Positions 32,795 through 42,370 of a stretch of 64,000 bases of DNA are shown piece after piece. Source of the DNA: an uncultured virus (IMG/VR IMGVR_UViG_3300036761_004198). Its lineage: Duplodnaviria > Heunggongvirae > Uroviricota > Caudoviricetes. A program made the translations under genes and the position numbers. The stretch's first letter is position 1; every line of letters starts with the position of its first letter. The DNA is taken from IMG/VR virus record IMGVR_UViG_3300036761_004198; one strand, given 5' to 3'. Below the pieces are notes generated by a model. It was not told the origin of the DNA. It saw nothing but the letters and a program-made list of their open reading frames with translations, and did not search any database.

Positions 32795-32883
32795 CGCGGG
32801 GCCTGAGGCAAGTTTTTCACTTTCCGCTAACGTCCCGTCTCTCCTCGCGAGAGTCAACGACGGGTCACAAACCTCAAGCGCTA

Positions 32884-32917
32884 GTGCAGATCCCGGTCGG
32901 CGGTGCAGATCCCGGTC
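32884..32917. repeat. 15-bp direct repeat GTGCAGATCCCGGTC x2
   Basis: Copies at 32884-32898 and 32903-32917, intergenic, upstream of a TTGACT -35-like box on the minus strand. Confidence 0.8.
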
Positions 32918-33226
32918 TCACGATGCGGCTACGCCAGGAGCCGACGCGGGATGAGCCGCCGAGGGCTCCTCTGCTGCGCGCGGGATGGCCACACCGACCT
33001 TCTTCAGGATCTCCTCCGCGATGTCGACGGCGACCTCCGCGATCTTCTCGGCCGACGAGATCGAGGGACTCGGTGCACTGGCGATGGAGCCTGCCACGTT
33101 GCCGGCCACTCGGCACAAGAGCTTCTTGCGCGGATCGATCCGGTCGCTGGGTATACGCACGACGGGTGAAGCCGCAGCTCCGCTCGAACGCTTCGGGGAT
33201 GTCTTGGACTTGGTCTTCTTCGCCAT
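32918..33226 (-). CDS. small basic hypothetical protein
   Basis: Purine-rich leader, Lys-rich N-terminus. Confidence 0.7.
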   Translation of the reverse strand: MAKKTKSKTSPKRSSGAAASPVVRIPSDRIDPRKKLLCRVAGNVAGSIASAPSPSISSAEKIAEVAVDIAEEILKKVGVAIPRAAEEPSAAHPASAPGVAAS

Positions 33227-33263
33227 TGTTCTCTCTCTTCCTTGTTCAGCCTTGTTCAGCCGT

Positions 33264-34625
33264 TCACGCTTCTACCTCGACGCCGCGTTTTCGACACGAG
33301 GCGCGATCGAGATCTTCAGAAATACACGCGAGGATCGCAGCGACGTCTGCGACATCCGCGCGATCGATCGCAGGACGCGGGATGCCTTTACACGTGCGAA
33401 GCAGTCCCCGCCCGTCGCGATACCGGAGTCCGACAGTGCCCGCGTCGTCGAGCGTGTAGGCAACGACCGTGCCGCGGCTGTAGTGCTTGAACTGCAAGCT
33501 AGATCTCCGACGTGAACCATTCACCGATCTCGCACGCTGCGAGCACCGACTGGGGTGGAGTACCGTCGTCGCCGAGCCACACACGCCTGCGCGCGGCGTC
33601 CTGCGCGGAGATCTCGCACCACGAACTGTTCGCCACTTCGGGTGCGTCGATCGGATACGAGTAACCGTCGTCCGCCGTGAACTCGACGCCGGAATCACGA
33701 AGGAGCTGCTTGGCGTGCTCGAGATCGCATGCGACGAGGTAGTAGCTCGCGCCCCCGTCGTCCACGTGGAAGAAGCGCTTGTCGCTCACAGCGCTCACAG
33801 CCAGATCTTCTTCCCGTTGTACGCGAGCGACTCGCGCGCGTCGTGCACGACGGGCTTGCCGTCTTCCACCCGACACGCCTGGCCGGGCAGCTCGCGGCAG
33901 ATCGGGCAGGGCACGGAGAGACCGCGAGTGACGAGGCTCGGCTTGCTCAGGTAGATCGGATGGAGACCGCCGCGGAAGCTCATCACCGGACTTCCTTGGT
34001 GGCGGAGATCGTGTACGCGCATCTGCACACCGTGCAGACCAAGAAGCCAAGCGTCCCGGTCGCGTTGATGCCGTCGGAGTGAAGCTCGCCTTCGCACCCT
34101 TCACATCTGCACGCGATGACGAGCTGGAGCGGATTGGTAAAACCGCGCCGTTCGGCACATGCTTGCGACGGCGACTTGGCCTTCACGCCCGTTCTCCTAG
34201 CGGCTTCCCTTTCATCAGAGCGCGCGTCATCTCATCGCGGCACGCGGCCACGTGCATGAAGACACGCTTCACGATGTCACGATCGTCTTGCGTGACCGCC
34301 TCCGGGGGCTTGCCGAGCAGCACGCTGGCCGCGACCTTGTACGGATCGCACCCCGGCACGAACAAGGTGGCGAGGTCCACGCTCACCAGCAGGTCCATTG
34401 GCCCGTGGCACGACGGCCGATGTCGCGCCATCCCCGTACCGTCGATACGGCAACGCTCAAGCGACGCGCCACGACTTCATCCTTCTCGGGCACGCCAACG
34501 GCCTGGCGACAGAAGTCGATCGAAGGGTAGCCCGATCGCTGGGCATTGAAGTAGTCGCGGGCGAGCTGGTCGAGCGGCGAACGCTGCGCGACTTGAGCGG
34601 CTTCGATCTGCATCATGAATGACAT
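33264..34625 (-). other. chain of small hypothetical CDS
   Basis: Overlapping minus-strand ORFs. Confidence 0.55.
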
Positions 34626-34628
34626 CTC

Positions 34629-34961
34629 TTACTCCATCTCCTCGGATTCATCTTGGCCGTCATGCGCGCCGAGATCTGTCCGGGGATCCGGGAAGCATCT
34701 CGAGCACAGGTAATGCGCCGGTGCGCCTTCATCGTGGAGCCCATCGCACATCGCGCTTCCCTCGACAAGCCGCTTACCCACCGTGGATTCCATGAACGCG
34801 CGAGCGTCCGCGTCCGCCCGCGCACGGTCGATCGGCGGATCTTCCACACGCCCCGTCGATACCGGCCAGTAGCGCCGATCACCCGTGGTGTCCTTCAAGT
34901 AGTCGGTCGATCCGCTCGTACCGATGATCACGAACGGACGCTTGCCCTCGATCTCGCTCAT
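34629..34961 (-). CDS. protein carrying a VapE/VirE C-terminal fragment
   Basis: RPFVIIGTS...DYLKDTTGDRRYWPV versus primase RQFVLIGTTN...YLRDSTGNRRFWPV. Confidence 0.65.
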   Translation of the reverse strand: MSEIEGKRPFVIIGTSGSTDYLKDTTGDRRYWPVSTGRVEDPPIDRARADADARAFMESTVGKRLVEGSAMCDGLHDEGAPAHYLCSRCFPDPRTDLGAHDGQDESEEME

Positions 34962-35082
34962 CGCCGGCCTCCAAGCTTCTTGATCGTACGGAGCCGCCGA
35001 GCCTCGGGCCGGAACATCCAGCGCAGGACCTCGACACCAAGCACGACCAATGCGCCCAGGACAATGAAGCCGACGATCCCGA

Positions 35083-35793
35083 TCACTGCTTCACCACCAG
35101 GGCACCCCCGCCGAGGTCGGAACCGAAATAGTTCTTGATCACCTGCTCGTGCTCGGCCTTGTCACGCAGGAAGTCCTGGCAAGCCTGCTTCACACCTGGC
35201 AGGCGCTCCCACTCGTAGTCGTCGATCACGACGCGAGCGCCTTGCGCGAGCTTGGGATAGACCTTCGTGAAGCTGTCGATGATGGACGAATACATGTCGC
35301 CGTCGAAAAAGGCAAACGCGATCGGAGCTGGGTACTCCTCGTCGGGGATCTGGGCAAACCATCCCGAGTGGACATGCGGCAGCGACAGCCCCGAGAGCGT
35401 GAAGTGCTGCTCGAAATTCGCGCGGGCGCACGCGCAAGTCCCTCGCGAGAAACCTCCGATGCGTGGATCGACGGGGACGTCCTGGTGCACGGGCGCGGGG
35501 ACGCCCTCCCACGAGTCGTAGACGTGCAGCTCACGATCGCGCTGTCCCATCGCGTCGAGAAGTCGGCGCATCAAACCTGTCGTCTCGCCCACGAAGCATC
35601 CCAGCTCGACGACGTGCCCGGGAACACCCGCGGCAAGGACGCCGTGCAGCTCCATCAGCACGTGGTACATCTTGCTCGGGCTGGACATCCCGATGCCTAC
35701 CGGGTGGGAGCGCAGGATGGAGCGGACGATCGCGTCATCGCCCTGCGGCGTGTCTGGTAGGATCCCGAACGACGGGTGCTCGGTCTTGATCAT
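35083..35793 (-). CDS. TylF/MycF-family O-methyltransferase
   Basis: VPGHVVELGCFVG, YDSWEGVP, GWF, FAFFDGDMYSS, VVIDDY, PGVKQA. Confidence 0.88.
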   Translation of the reverse strand: MIKTEHPSFGILPDTPQGDDAIVRSILRSHPVGIGMSSPSKMYHVLMELHGVLAAGVPGHVVELGCFVGETTGLMRRLLDAMGQRDRELHVYDSWEGVPAPVHQDVPVDPRIGGFSRGTCACARANFEQHFTLSGLSLPHVHSGWFAQIPDEEYPAPIAFAFFDGDMYSSIIDSFTKVYPKLAQGARVVIDDYEWERLPGVKQACQDFLRDKAEHEQVIKNYFGSDLGGGALVVKQ

Positions 35794-35798
35794 CACGG

Positions 35799-35996
35799 TC
35801 AAGAAGTGCTCTCGTCGTAGCGGCACTTGTCGACCAGCCTTGCCATGATCGCCGGATCTTCTAGCGCGCTCGTGACGAGATCGTCAACGAAACACGCGAC
35901 GCCGCCGTATGGCACCTTGGCGCGCAATAGATCGTAGGTCTTGCCGGACACACTGATCGAGTACCTGTTGGGCTTGGCCCTCTTCGACATCTCCAT
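35799..35996 (-). CDS. small RHH-like DNA-binding protein
   Basis: RYSISVSGKTYDLLR strand-helix pattern; AAGGAG RBS. Confidence 0.5.
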   Translation of the reverse strand: MEMSKRAKPNRYSISVSGKTYDLLRAKVPYGGVACFVDDLVTSALEDPAIMARLVDKCRYDESTS

Positions 35997-36008
35997 GTTC
36001 TCCTTCGC

Positions 36009-36671
36009 TCACGACGGAGCGGTTACGTCTGGCAGGTGGATCGGTTCCCCCGTGGCCTCGGCGACCGCGGCCTCGGCCCAGAGCTGGTCGCGAACCGCAC
36101 GGAGCCGATCGAGATCGAAGCGGACGACGTGCACCGGCAAGATCCGTCGGTTGCCCGTCGCGGCGACCAGGTAGTCCGACACGCCGGTCGTGCCGACGAC
36201 CACGAACGGCCTGGGCACACGCGTACGCTCGCGCTGATAGGGCATGCGCGCCTCGTCGTGCGTACACGACAGAAATGCCTTGAGAGCCGCGGCCGACGGC
36301 AGCTCGTTCAGCTCACTCGCCTCGACGATCCACTTGCCGGCAGTCGACTCCATGAGCCGTCGCGCGTCGTACGACACAAGCGATAAGTCGTCGGTGAACC
36401 AAGCTTCATCGATCGCCAGAAGGCGTAGTGCGCCCGACTTGCCGCTGCCCTGGGGCCCCACAAGGACCGGCAGCTGGTCGAACCGACACCCGGGAACCCG
36501 TGCGCGCCGCACCGCCGCGACGAGGATCCCGCGAGACACCGCACGGACGTGCGGCGTGTCCTCAGCTCCCGCGCAGTCGATGAGCCAGCGGTCGAGCCGC
36601 GGGATGCCGTCCCAGCTGAGCGAGGTGAGGTAGTCAACGACGGACTTCGTAATCTCTTGCATTTCTGACAT
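36009..36671 (-). CDS. stand-alone VapE (virulence-associated E) P-loop domain paralogue
   Basis: YL.SL.WDG.PRL, GPQGSGKS, WIVEASEL, TGNRR; closely parallels the C-half of the adjacent primase. Confidence 0.85.
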   Translation of the reverse strand: MSEMQEITKSVVDYLTSLSWDGIPRLDRWLIDCAGAEDTPHVRAVSRGILVAAVRRARVPGCRFDQLPVLVGPQGSGKSGALRLLAIDEAWFTDDLSLVSYDARRLMESTAGKWIVEASELNELPSAAALKAFLSCTHDEARMPYQRERTRVPRPFVVVGTTGVSDYLVAATGNRRILPVHVVRFDLDRLRAVRDQLWAEAAVAEATGEPIHLPDVTAPS

Positions 36672-36682
36672 GTCTCTTCTTT

Positions 36683-38896
36683 CTAGTTCGTGGCGGGCGG
36701 CACGATTTTGTCGACCTCGATCCGCACGCTCCGCATGTGCGGGTCGTACTCGACGACGAGCTCTACCTCGCGCTCTGCGGCGGTTCCCTTGACGTAGGCG
36801 TACTGGAGCGGACCGTCGAAACGCCGACGCTGACGCTCCCAACCCAATTCGCGGATCGCCTTACCGAAGCGGTTGATCTGGTCCTGGTTGACCTTGCCCG
36901 CTTCAAGTCCGCAGATGAGATACGCGTCGGACACGCGGAGCTTGCCCGTACGGTTCCCGAGCGCGCGGTGGAGCACGTCGACAAGCGGATCGTCGCCGGT
37001 AAGCCGTGCCTCCTGCTCGACGGCCGCGACCTCGTAGAGCCGAGGATCGAGCCGGATCGACTCGCCGAGGGCCTCGGCCTCCGCAGCCTCCGCCCAGAGC
37101 TGGTCGCGATCGGCGCGCAGCTTCTCCAGGTTGAAACGCTGGACGCGGACCGGCCAGAAGCGCCGATTGCCCGTCGAGTCGCGCAGGTATCCTTCGGTCT
37201 CGTTCGTGGTCCCGATGAGCACGAACTGGCGGGCGACGCGCAGGTTCTTATGCCCGTAGGCCATACGCGCCTCGTCGCGCTGGCGCGAAAGACACGCCTT
37301 GAGGGCGGCGACGTCACTTTTGCCCATGCCCTTCAGCTCGCCGGCCTCGACGATCCACTTGCCAGCCGTCGCTTCCATGAACCGCCGCGTGTCCCCGTGG
37401 AGCGGAAGATCATCGGTGAACCAGTCATCGTTGAACGCGAGTGCGCGAAGGCCGCTCGACTTGTCGGTACCCTGCGGACTCTCGAGGATGAGCATCTCGT
37501 CGTACTTGGATCCCGGCTTCCTGATCCGGCGGCACGCCGCGACGAGCACGATGCGCGACACCGCACGCACGTACGGCGTGTCGGGCGCGCCGGCATAGTC
37601 GATCAGCCACCGCTCAATCCGCGGCTCCTGGTCCCAGGCAAGCGAGGTAAGGTACTCGCGCACCGGGTGGAAGCGGTTGCGGCGAGCAATGTTGCTGGTG
37701 ACGTCGCGGAACAGCTCGCGGCCGGGCAGAAAATGAAAGCTTGAATCGATCTTGAGGCGCAGGTTGATGGTCGCCGCATCATCGAAGCGCGGGCCGTAGC
37801 TAGACAGGTTCTCGATGATCTCATCGCCGGAGAACTCGTCGTAGCGCAGACGCACGTTGAGCTTGCGGATCGCGACCTCGATGTTCCACTGGTTGTTGTA
37901 GGGGTGTCCCTGCTTGTCGCGGAGGAAGTCCGACTCGTCACCGTCACCACCACCACCGCCACCACCGCCACCACCACCACCGCCGCCACCACCGCCGCCA
38001 TCGCGCGGCAAGGTCGTCATCCGCTGCGCGGCGGCCCACTTTGCAATCGCGCGGACCTCGGCGTCCGACTTGGGCGGGTTGCAACGCGCCTTGTTCGCCG
38101 CGAGCAGCGCCGCCTCGATCTCGTCGTAGCCCGAGCCGCGGAAACGCATCGCGCCGGCGAGGCTCTTGAGCATCGCGTGCCGCTGCCCGGGCTCGACGCC
38201 GCCGGCCGGATCAATGTGTAGCTGCTCGGCGATCGACGGCACGTCCGGCGGCGCGATCGCCAGGATCGCCTCGACGTCGAGCGAGCTGCCGTCATGCGCC
38301 TCGAAGTAGTAGGTATCAGAGTCCTTTGGCCGCGACGGCAGGTAGTAGAGGCGGTTGGCATCGCAGCACGACGGATCGGCTGGCTGCTTGAGATGCGCCA
38401 TCGCGGCCGGCCAGAACCTGGGCCACTCGTCGCGCAGGACCGGACGGCTGAGCGCGATGATCGCGCGGATGCAGCGATCGACGCGCGACGGACAGTTCTG
38501 GCCGTGCAGCGCCCCCGGCTCGCTGCCGCACGTGCAGATCGTGCAACCGGCCGGACGATCGCTGTGGCTCGCGTGCAGGATCCGCTGGTACGGCGCGAGC
38601 GGGGCGATCGCAGCGGCGAGCTGCTCGTCGGTCAGGTGATCAAGGTCAACGACGAGGAGCGAGACCTCCTCGACGAAGATCTTCTGGCGCGGCGTGCTCG
38701 GCGGATACACGGCCGGCGACCACGCGGTCCCGTTCTTGTAGGAACATTCGCTTCCGCGCTTGCAGTTCGCGACGAGGCACGTCGTCTTACGGACCTTGCG
38801 AAACGCCTCGACGAACTTCGCCCACGCGACCTTCGAGCGACGCGGCGCGGAGTCGTGCTTGTCCTTGAGCGCCGATATGAGGACGTAATCGATCAT
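36683..38896 (-). CDS. primase-helicase: AEP-like N-terminus, PriCT, poly-Gly linker, VapE NTPase
   Basis: VVDLDH, DPSCCDANRLYYLP, GQRH...N..RCNPP...EV, SPQGTDKS, TGNRRFWPV. Confidence 0.9.
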   Translation of the reverse strand: MIDYVLISALKDKHDSAPRRSKVAWAKFVEAFRKVRKTTCLVANCKRGSECSYKNGTAWSPAVYPPSTPRQKIFVEEVSLLVVDLDHLTDEQLAAAIAPLAPYQRILHASHSDRPAGCTICTCGSEPGALHGQNCPSRVDRCIRAIIALSRPVLRDEWPRFWPAAMAHLKQPADPSCCDANRLYYLPSRPKDSDTYYFEAHDGSSLDVEAILAIAPPDVPSIAEQLHIDPAGGVEPGQRHAMLKSLAGAMRFRGSGYDEIEAALLAANKARCNPPKSDAEVRAIAKWAAAQRMTTLPRDGGGGGGGGGGGGGGGGGGDGDESDFLRDKQGHPYNNQWNIEVAIRKLNVRLRYDEFSGDEIIENLSSYGPRFDDAATINLRLKIDSSFHFLPGRELFRDVTSNIARRNRFHPVREYLTSLAWDQEPRIERWLIDYAGAPDTPYVRAVSRIVLVAACRRIRKPGSKYDEMLILESPQGTDKSSGLRALAFNDDWFTDDLPLHGDTRRFMEATAGKWIVEAGELKGMGKSDVAALKACLSRQRDEARMAYGHKNLRVARQFVLIGTTNETEGYLRDSTGNRRFWPVRVQRFNLEKLRADRDQLWAEAAEAEALGESIRLDPRLYEVAAVEQEARLTGDDPLVDVLHRALGNRTGKLRVSDAYLICGLEAGKVNQDQINRFGKAIRELGWERQRRRFDGPLQYAYVKGTAAEREVELVVEYDPHMRSVRIEVDKIVPPATN

Positions 38897-39399
38897 CGGT
38901 CATGCACCGGACACCGCGTGAACTCGTCATGGACGAGGGAGCCAGTACAGACGATCGACGAAAGAACGGCAACGGGAGTGCTGACCTCTGCGAGGATCTT
39001 CGGAAGCTCGGAGATCTCGTGCGTTCCGAGGACTGCACGCGCGTTCACCCTGTGCTCTGCGGTCGTGCCACGACCCACGATCTTCGCGGCAACATCGCCG
39101 TCGAACAGGAGCCACTGACGCTCCGCGCGCACCTCGAGCAACAGAAGGGTCGATCCCGGCGCGTACTTCCAGCGCCGATAGAGCCACACCCGCTGCTGCG
39201 GCGTGTAGTGCGGGATCCTCACGTTCGTGTGCGCGCGTGCTGGCCACCGCGGGAGACACTTCAACTCCATCCAGCGCCCATCAACGAAGTTCACGTCCGG
39301 GGTTCCTGGATGGATCGGATTCTCGACGCGTACCGGATCGAGCTTCGCCGCGAGCAAGATTGGGCGGATCTTTTTCCACATTGCCGACTCGGACTTCAC
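38893..39399 (-). CDS. PD-(D/E)xK nuclease (VRR-NUC/resolvase-like)
   Basis: RVEN...PGTPD...WMELK...TPQQRVW. Confidence 0.75.
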   Translation of the reverse strand: MKSESAMWKKIRPILLAAKLDPVRVENPIHPGTPDVNFVDGRWMELKCLPRWPARAHTNVRIPHYTPQQRVWLYRRWKYAPGSTLLLLEVRAERQWLLFDGDVAAKIVGRGTTAEHRVNARAVLGTHEISELPKILAEVSTPVAVLSSIVCTGSLVHDEFTRCPVHDR

Positions 39400-39643
39400 G
39401 GCTTGATCCCTTCGGCCGCGGCGAGCGCGTTTGCCATCGCGAGCACGCAGTACGCGCACAGGCCGACCCACAGCTCCTCGCCGTTCGCGCCCTTGATGCG
39501 GACCTCCAGCTCGGGCCGATCGGTCGGCGGCAGGACCACGACGCGCTTCATACCGCGCGCGCAGTACGAGCAACGCACGGCCTTGCCGTGATCGTCCGCA
39601 GAGATCACCCGGAAGTTGGGAGCTACGTTGGGCGCGACGTGGC

Positions 39644-41398
39644 TCACGCGGCGTGATCCTCCACAGCTGCTTCGGGAGCGGAAGCGGGAGTGGCAACGGG
39701 CGACTCCACCTCGATGCCGATCGCGGGATCGGCACCCTCAACGACCTCCACCGACGTCCCCTGTTGCACGATCGCCGCCTCAGCGAACGAGTCGATCACG
39801 GACTCCACGAACGCGACCGCCAGCGGACGCACGATCGCGTTGCCAAAGCCCCTCAGTCGCTTGGCGCGAGTTCGTCCCACGCCCGGGGCAGGCCCATCAA
39901 CCAGCGCGAATGTGCCGGATTCAACTGGCCGCCAGCGCCCGTCTTCGTGCCCCGGCTCCGGCCGGCAGTAGACCCACTCGACGTCGGCGCTCCAGTATCC
40001 TCCGACAGCTCCGCCCCAGGCAGGATCTCCGTCGAGTCGGATCCGATCTCCAGGTCGGAAGCCGTCGCGGACGGATCCGGCGTCGGCGCCGTTCCCGGCA
40101 CCGGCAACGGCAGCTGCTCCTCGTACCAGCCCGGCGACGGCATGCTCGACGACTCCGTCATCTGCGCCTGAAGCGCCAGGCTGGTCAGCGAGATCCCCAG
40201 CTTCGATCCGTTCTCCCTCGCCAGCTTCTTGCGCTCGAGGAAGCGCTCCGGCGTCCCACCCGCCTCGTGCGAGGCCGGCGTCGCCCAGCCCGACGGACCC
40301 AACGCAACGGCATCCGGTTCCATGAGCTTCACCGTGTCGATCAGGTTCGACCTCCGACCGTCCATGTGTCCCACGTGCCCACCCCGCGTCCCGCACGACG
40401 CGTTCGGCGTCGGATACGGCGCGGGCTTCATCAACATCACCACCTCGTTCAGGTTCGAGACCCCCGGCGGACCACCGTTGGCTCGCTTCGGCGCGCGCGC
40501 CCGCATCTCCTCGATCTGCTCCGACGTCTTGGGACACGCGTGGTCGTGCGACTGCGGAGTCGGATACGGCGCCGGAAACTCGGCCGTGAGCCTTGCCGCA
40601 TCGAGCAGCGTCGTTCCCTGGTTGCCCTCGATCATGTAGCCATGACGCGCCGAGGATCTCGCGTCCTCTCTCACGGGCGTAGGCCACGATGTAGAGGCGC
40701 TGTCGTCGGTGCGGCGCGCCGACGCAGCAAGCTGGTAGATCGTACGTCTGGCAGGCGTAGCCTGCTCCTTCCAAGTCATCGAGTACAACGTCGAGCCAAG
40801 CGCGGCCGTCTTTGCTCGCAACCTGCTCGCTAAAGAGCACAGCGGGTCGACACTCTCGGACGAGGCGGAACCATTCGGGCCAGAGGTGCCGCTCGTCGGC
40901 GAACCCGCGACGCTTGCCCGCCGACGAGATCGGCTGGCAGGGACAGCTTCCGCTCCACACGTGGACGTCATCGGGCCATCCGGCGTCGCGCAAAGCGCGG
41001 GACCAGATTCCGATTCCACTGAAGAAGTGACACTGGCGATAGCTGGCGACGTCTGCGGGCTTGAGGTCTCGGATCGATCGTTCATCGACGACTCCTGCCG
41101 CGATCTCTCCCGCGGCGATAAGGTTGCGCGTCCACTGCGCGGCGTACGCATCGTTGTCGTTATAAAACGACGTCGGTAGCGCCTCCTTGAGCACGAACGC
41201 GCCCCGGTCAACGCGGAGGAAACGCGACGACGCGCCGCGATCACGCACGTCGAGCGCGAGATCGCGAGAGACCACCGTCTCGGGCGTCTTCGACTCCGTG
41301 GGCAGCCGGCCGACGGCCAGCTCGGCGATCTGCCGAGCCTTGAGCGCGCGAGGAGCAACCTCGCGCAAGATCTGGGCGACAACGTCGAGCGTGCTCAT
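39644..41398 (-). CDS. DNA (cytosine-5) methyltransferase with N-terminal HARE-HTH-like domain
   Basis: HFFSGIG (I), GSCPCQP (IV), SEQV (VI), GAPHRRQRLY (VIII), LRGFGNAI (X). Confidence 0.9.
   Translation of the reverse strand: MSTLDVVAQILREVAPRALKARQIAELAVGRLPTESKTPETVVSRDLALDVRDRGASSRFLRVDRGAFVLKEALPTSFYNDNDAYAAQWTRNLIAAGEIAAGVVDERSIRDLKPADVASYRQCHFFSGIGIWSRALRDAGWPDDVHVWSGSCPCQPISSAGKRRGFADERHLWPEWFRLVRECRPAVLFSEQVASKDGRAWLDVVLDDLEGAGYACQTYDLPACCVGAPHRRQRLYIVAYARERGREILGASWLHDRGQPGNDAARCGKAHGRVSGAVSDSAVARPRVSQDVGADRGDAGARAEASQRWSAGGLEPERGGDVDEARAVSDAERVVRDAGWARGTHGRSEVEPDRHGEAHGTGCRCVGSVGLGDAGLARGGWDAGALPRAQEAGEGERIEAGDLADQPGASGADDGVVEHAVAGLVRGAAAVAGAGNGADAGSVRDGFRPGDRIRLDGDPAWGGAVGGYWSADVEWVYCRPEPGHEDGRWRPVESGTFALVDGPAPGVGRTRAKRLRGFGNAIVRPLAVAFVESVIDSFAEAAIVQQGTSVEVVEGADPAIGIEVESPVATPASAPEAAVEDHAA
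39853..41085 (-). CDS. nested alternate-frame polypeptide (probable MTase beta subunit: motif IX plus PTP repeats); start uncertain, possibly near 40779
   Basis: Long open frame inside the MTase gene with WPTP/YPTP/YPTP/WATP repeats and GQLNPAHSRWLMGLPRAW. Confidence 0.7.
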   Translation of the reverse strand: MNDRSETSSPQTSPAIASVTSSVESESGPALCATPDGPMTSTCGAEAVPASRSRRRASVAGSPTSGTSGPNGSASSESVDPLCSLASRLRAKTAALGSTLYSMTWKEQATPARRTIYQLAASARRTDDSASTSWPTPVREDARSSARHGYMIEGNQGTTLLDAARLTAEFPAPYPTPQSHDHACPKTSEQIEEMRARAPKRANGGPPGVSNLNEVVMLMKPAPYPTPNASCGTRGGHVGHMDGRRSNLIDTVKLMEPDAVALGPSGWATPASHEAGGTPERFLERKKLARENGSKLGISLTSLALQAQMTESSSMPSPGWYEEQLPLPVPGTAPTPDPSATASDLEIGSDSTEILPGAELSEDTGAPTSSGSTAGRSRGTKTGAGGQLNPAHSRWLMGLPRAWDELAPSD

Positions 41399-42369
41399 GC
41401 AGCTACCTCCGTGCAAATTGTGCGCGTCCGCCTTGCGATCCCGTCGACGACGCACGCCGTGTCGATCGGAGTCCCCACGAGCACGTGATCTTTTCGAGCG
41501 CGATCGAGCGCCGCACATACGTCCGCGTGCCCGAGCTTGGGATTGGCGACCGCGACATAGATGGCCTCGAAGTCGAGCGCGCTCGTCGTCGTGAGATCGT
41601 TCAGCGCGCGCTGCACCAGGACGATCAGCTCGTCCTTCGACGGGATCGCGAAGGTGATCACTTCGTCAAACCGCCGGAAGATCGCGCCGTCGAGCATCTG
41701 TGCGTGGTTGGTCGCGGCAATGATCAGGCCGTCGGATCGATCGTCCTCGATGAACTGGAGGAGAGAGTTGACCACTCGCCGCATCTCGGCACCTGCCGAC
41801 GAGCCGTCGCTGAACGATGACCGATCCGCCCCGAGCGCGTCGAACTCGTCAAACAGGTACACAGCGGGCATCGTGCGTACATGGTCGAAGACCTGCGCGA
41901 GCTTGCCGGCAGTCTCGCCCAGGTGCGACTGGATCACGCCGTGCAGCTCGACCCGAAACATTGGCAATCCGACGGCCCGAGCGAGCGCCGAGGCCGCCAT
42001 GGTCTTGCCAACACCCGGTGCCCCCGTGAAGAGAAGCTTGCGCGCCGGGCGCAGGCTGTGCATGAAGAGGACGTCGCGCTGCGCGTACTCGAGCACGACG
42101 CGATCGAGCCGATCGCGCACCGACGTCGACAGCACCATGTCGTTCAGTGACGCCAGCTCCGGCGGTGCGGAGAGCAGGCCGCTCGCGCTTGGCAGCGGCA
42201 CGAACGCCACCGCCTGTTGATTCTCCACGAGCTTGCGCAGCTGGTCGGCTCCGCGCTCGGAGTGCGCGGAGACGTGCGCCGCGATCTGGAGCGTGACCGC
42301 GCGAAAGCGCACGTGGTCGCGATTCACGTGCGCATCGACGAGCGCTGTCACCTGTGCCAGCGTCGTCAT
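41395..42369 (-). CDS. AAA+ ATPase, IetA-like
   Basis: GAPGVGKT, YLFDEFD, RRVVNSLLQ, AATNH...LD.AIFRRFD; N-terminal helical segment typical of S8-protease-associated AAA proteins. Confidence 0.88.
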   Translation of the reverse strand: MTTLAQVTALVDAHVNRDHVRFRAVTLQIAAHVSAHSERGADQLRKLVENQQAVAFVPLPSASGLLSAPPELASLNDMVLSTSVRDRLDRVVLEYAQRDVLFMHSLRPARKLLFTGAPGVGKTMAASALARAVGLPMFRVELHGVIQSHLGETAGKLAQVFDHVRTMPAVYLFDEFDALGADRSSFSDGSSAGAEMRRVVNSLLQFIEDDRSDGLIIAATNHAQMLDGAIFRRFDEVITFAIPSKDELIVLVQRALNDLTTTSALDFEAIYVAVANPKLGHADVCAALDRARKDHVLVGTPIDTACVVDGIARRTRTICTEVAA

Positions 42370-42370
42370 C

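Noticed and set aside
32795..32857. TTG start at 32857 for the sigma-like gene
   Set aside because: The TTG is part of a TTGACT -35-like box with no RBS; a later ATG is preferred.
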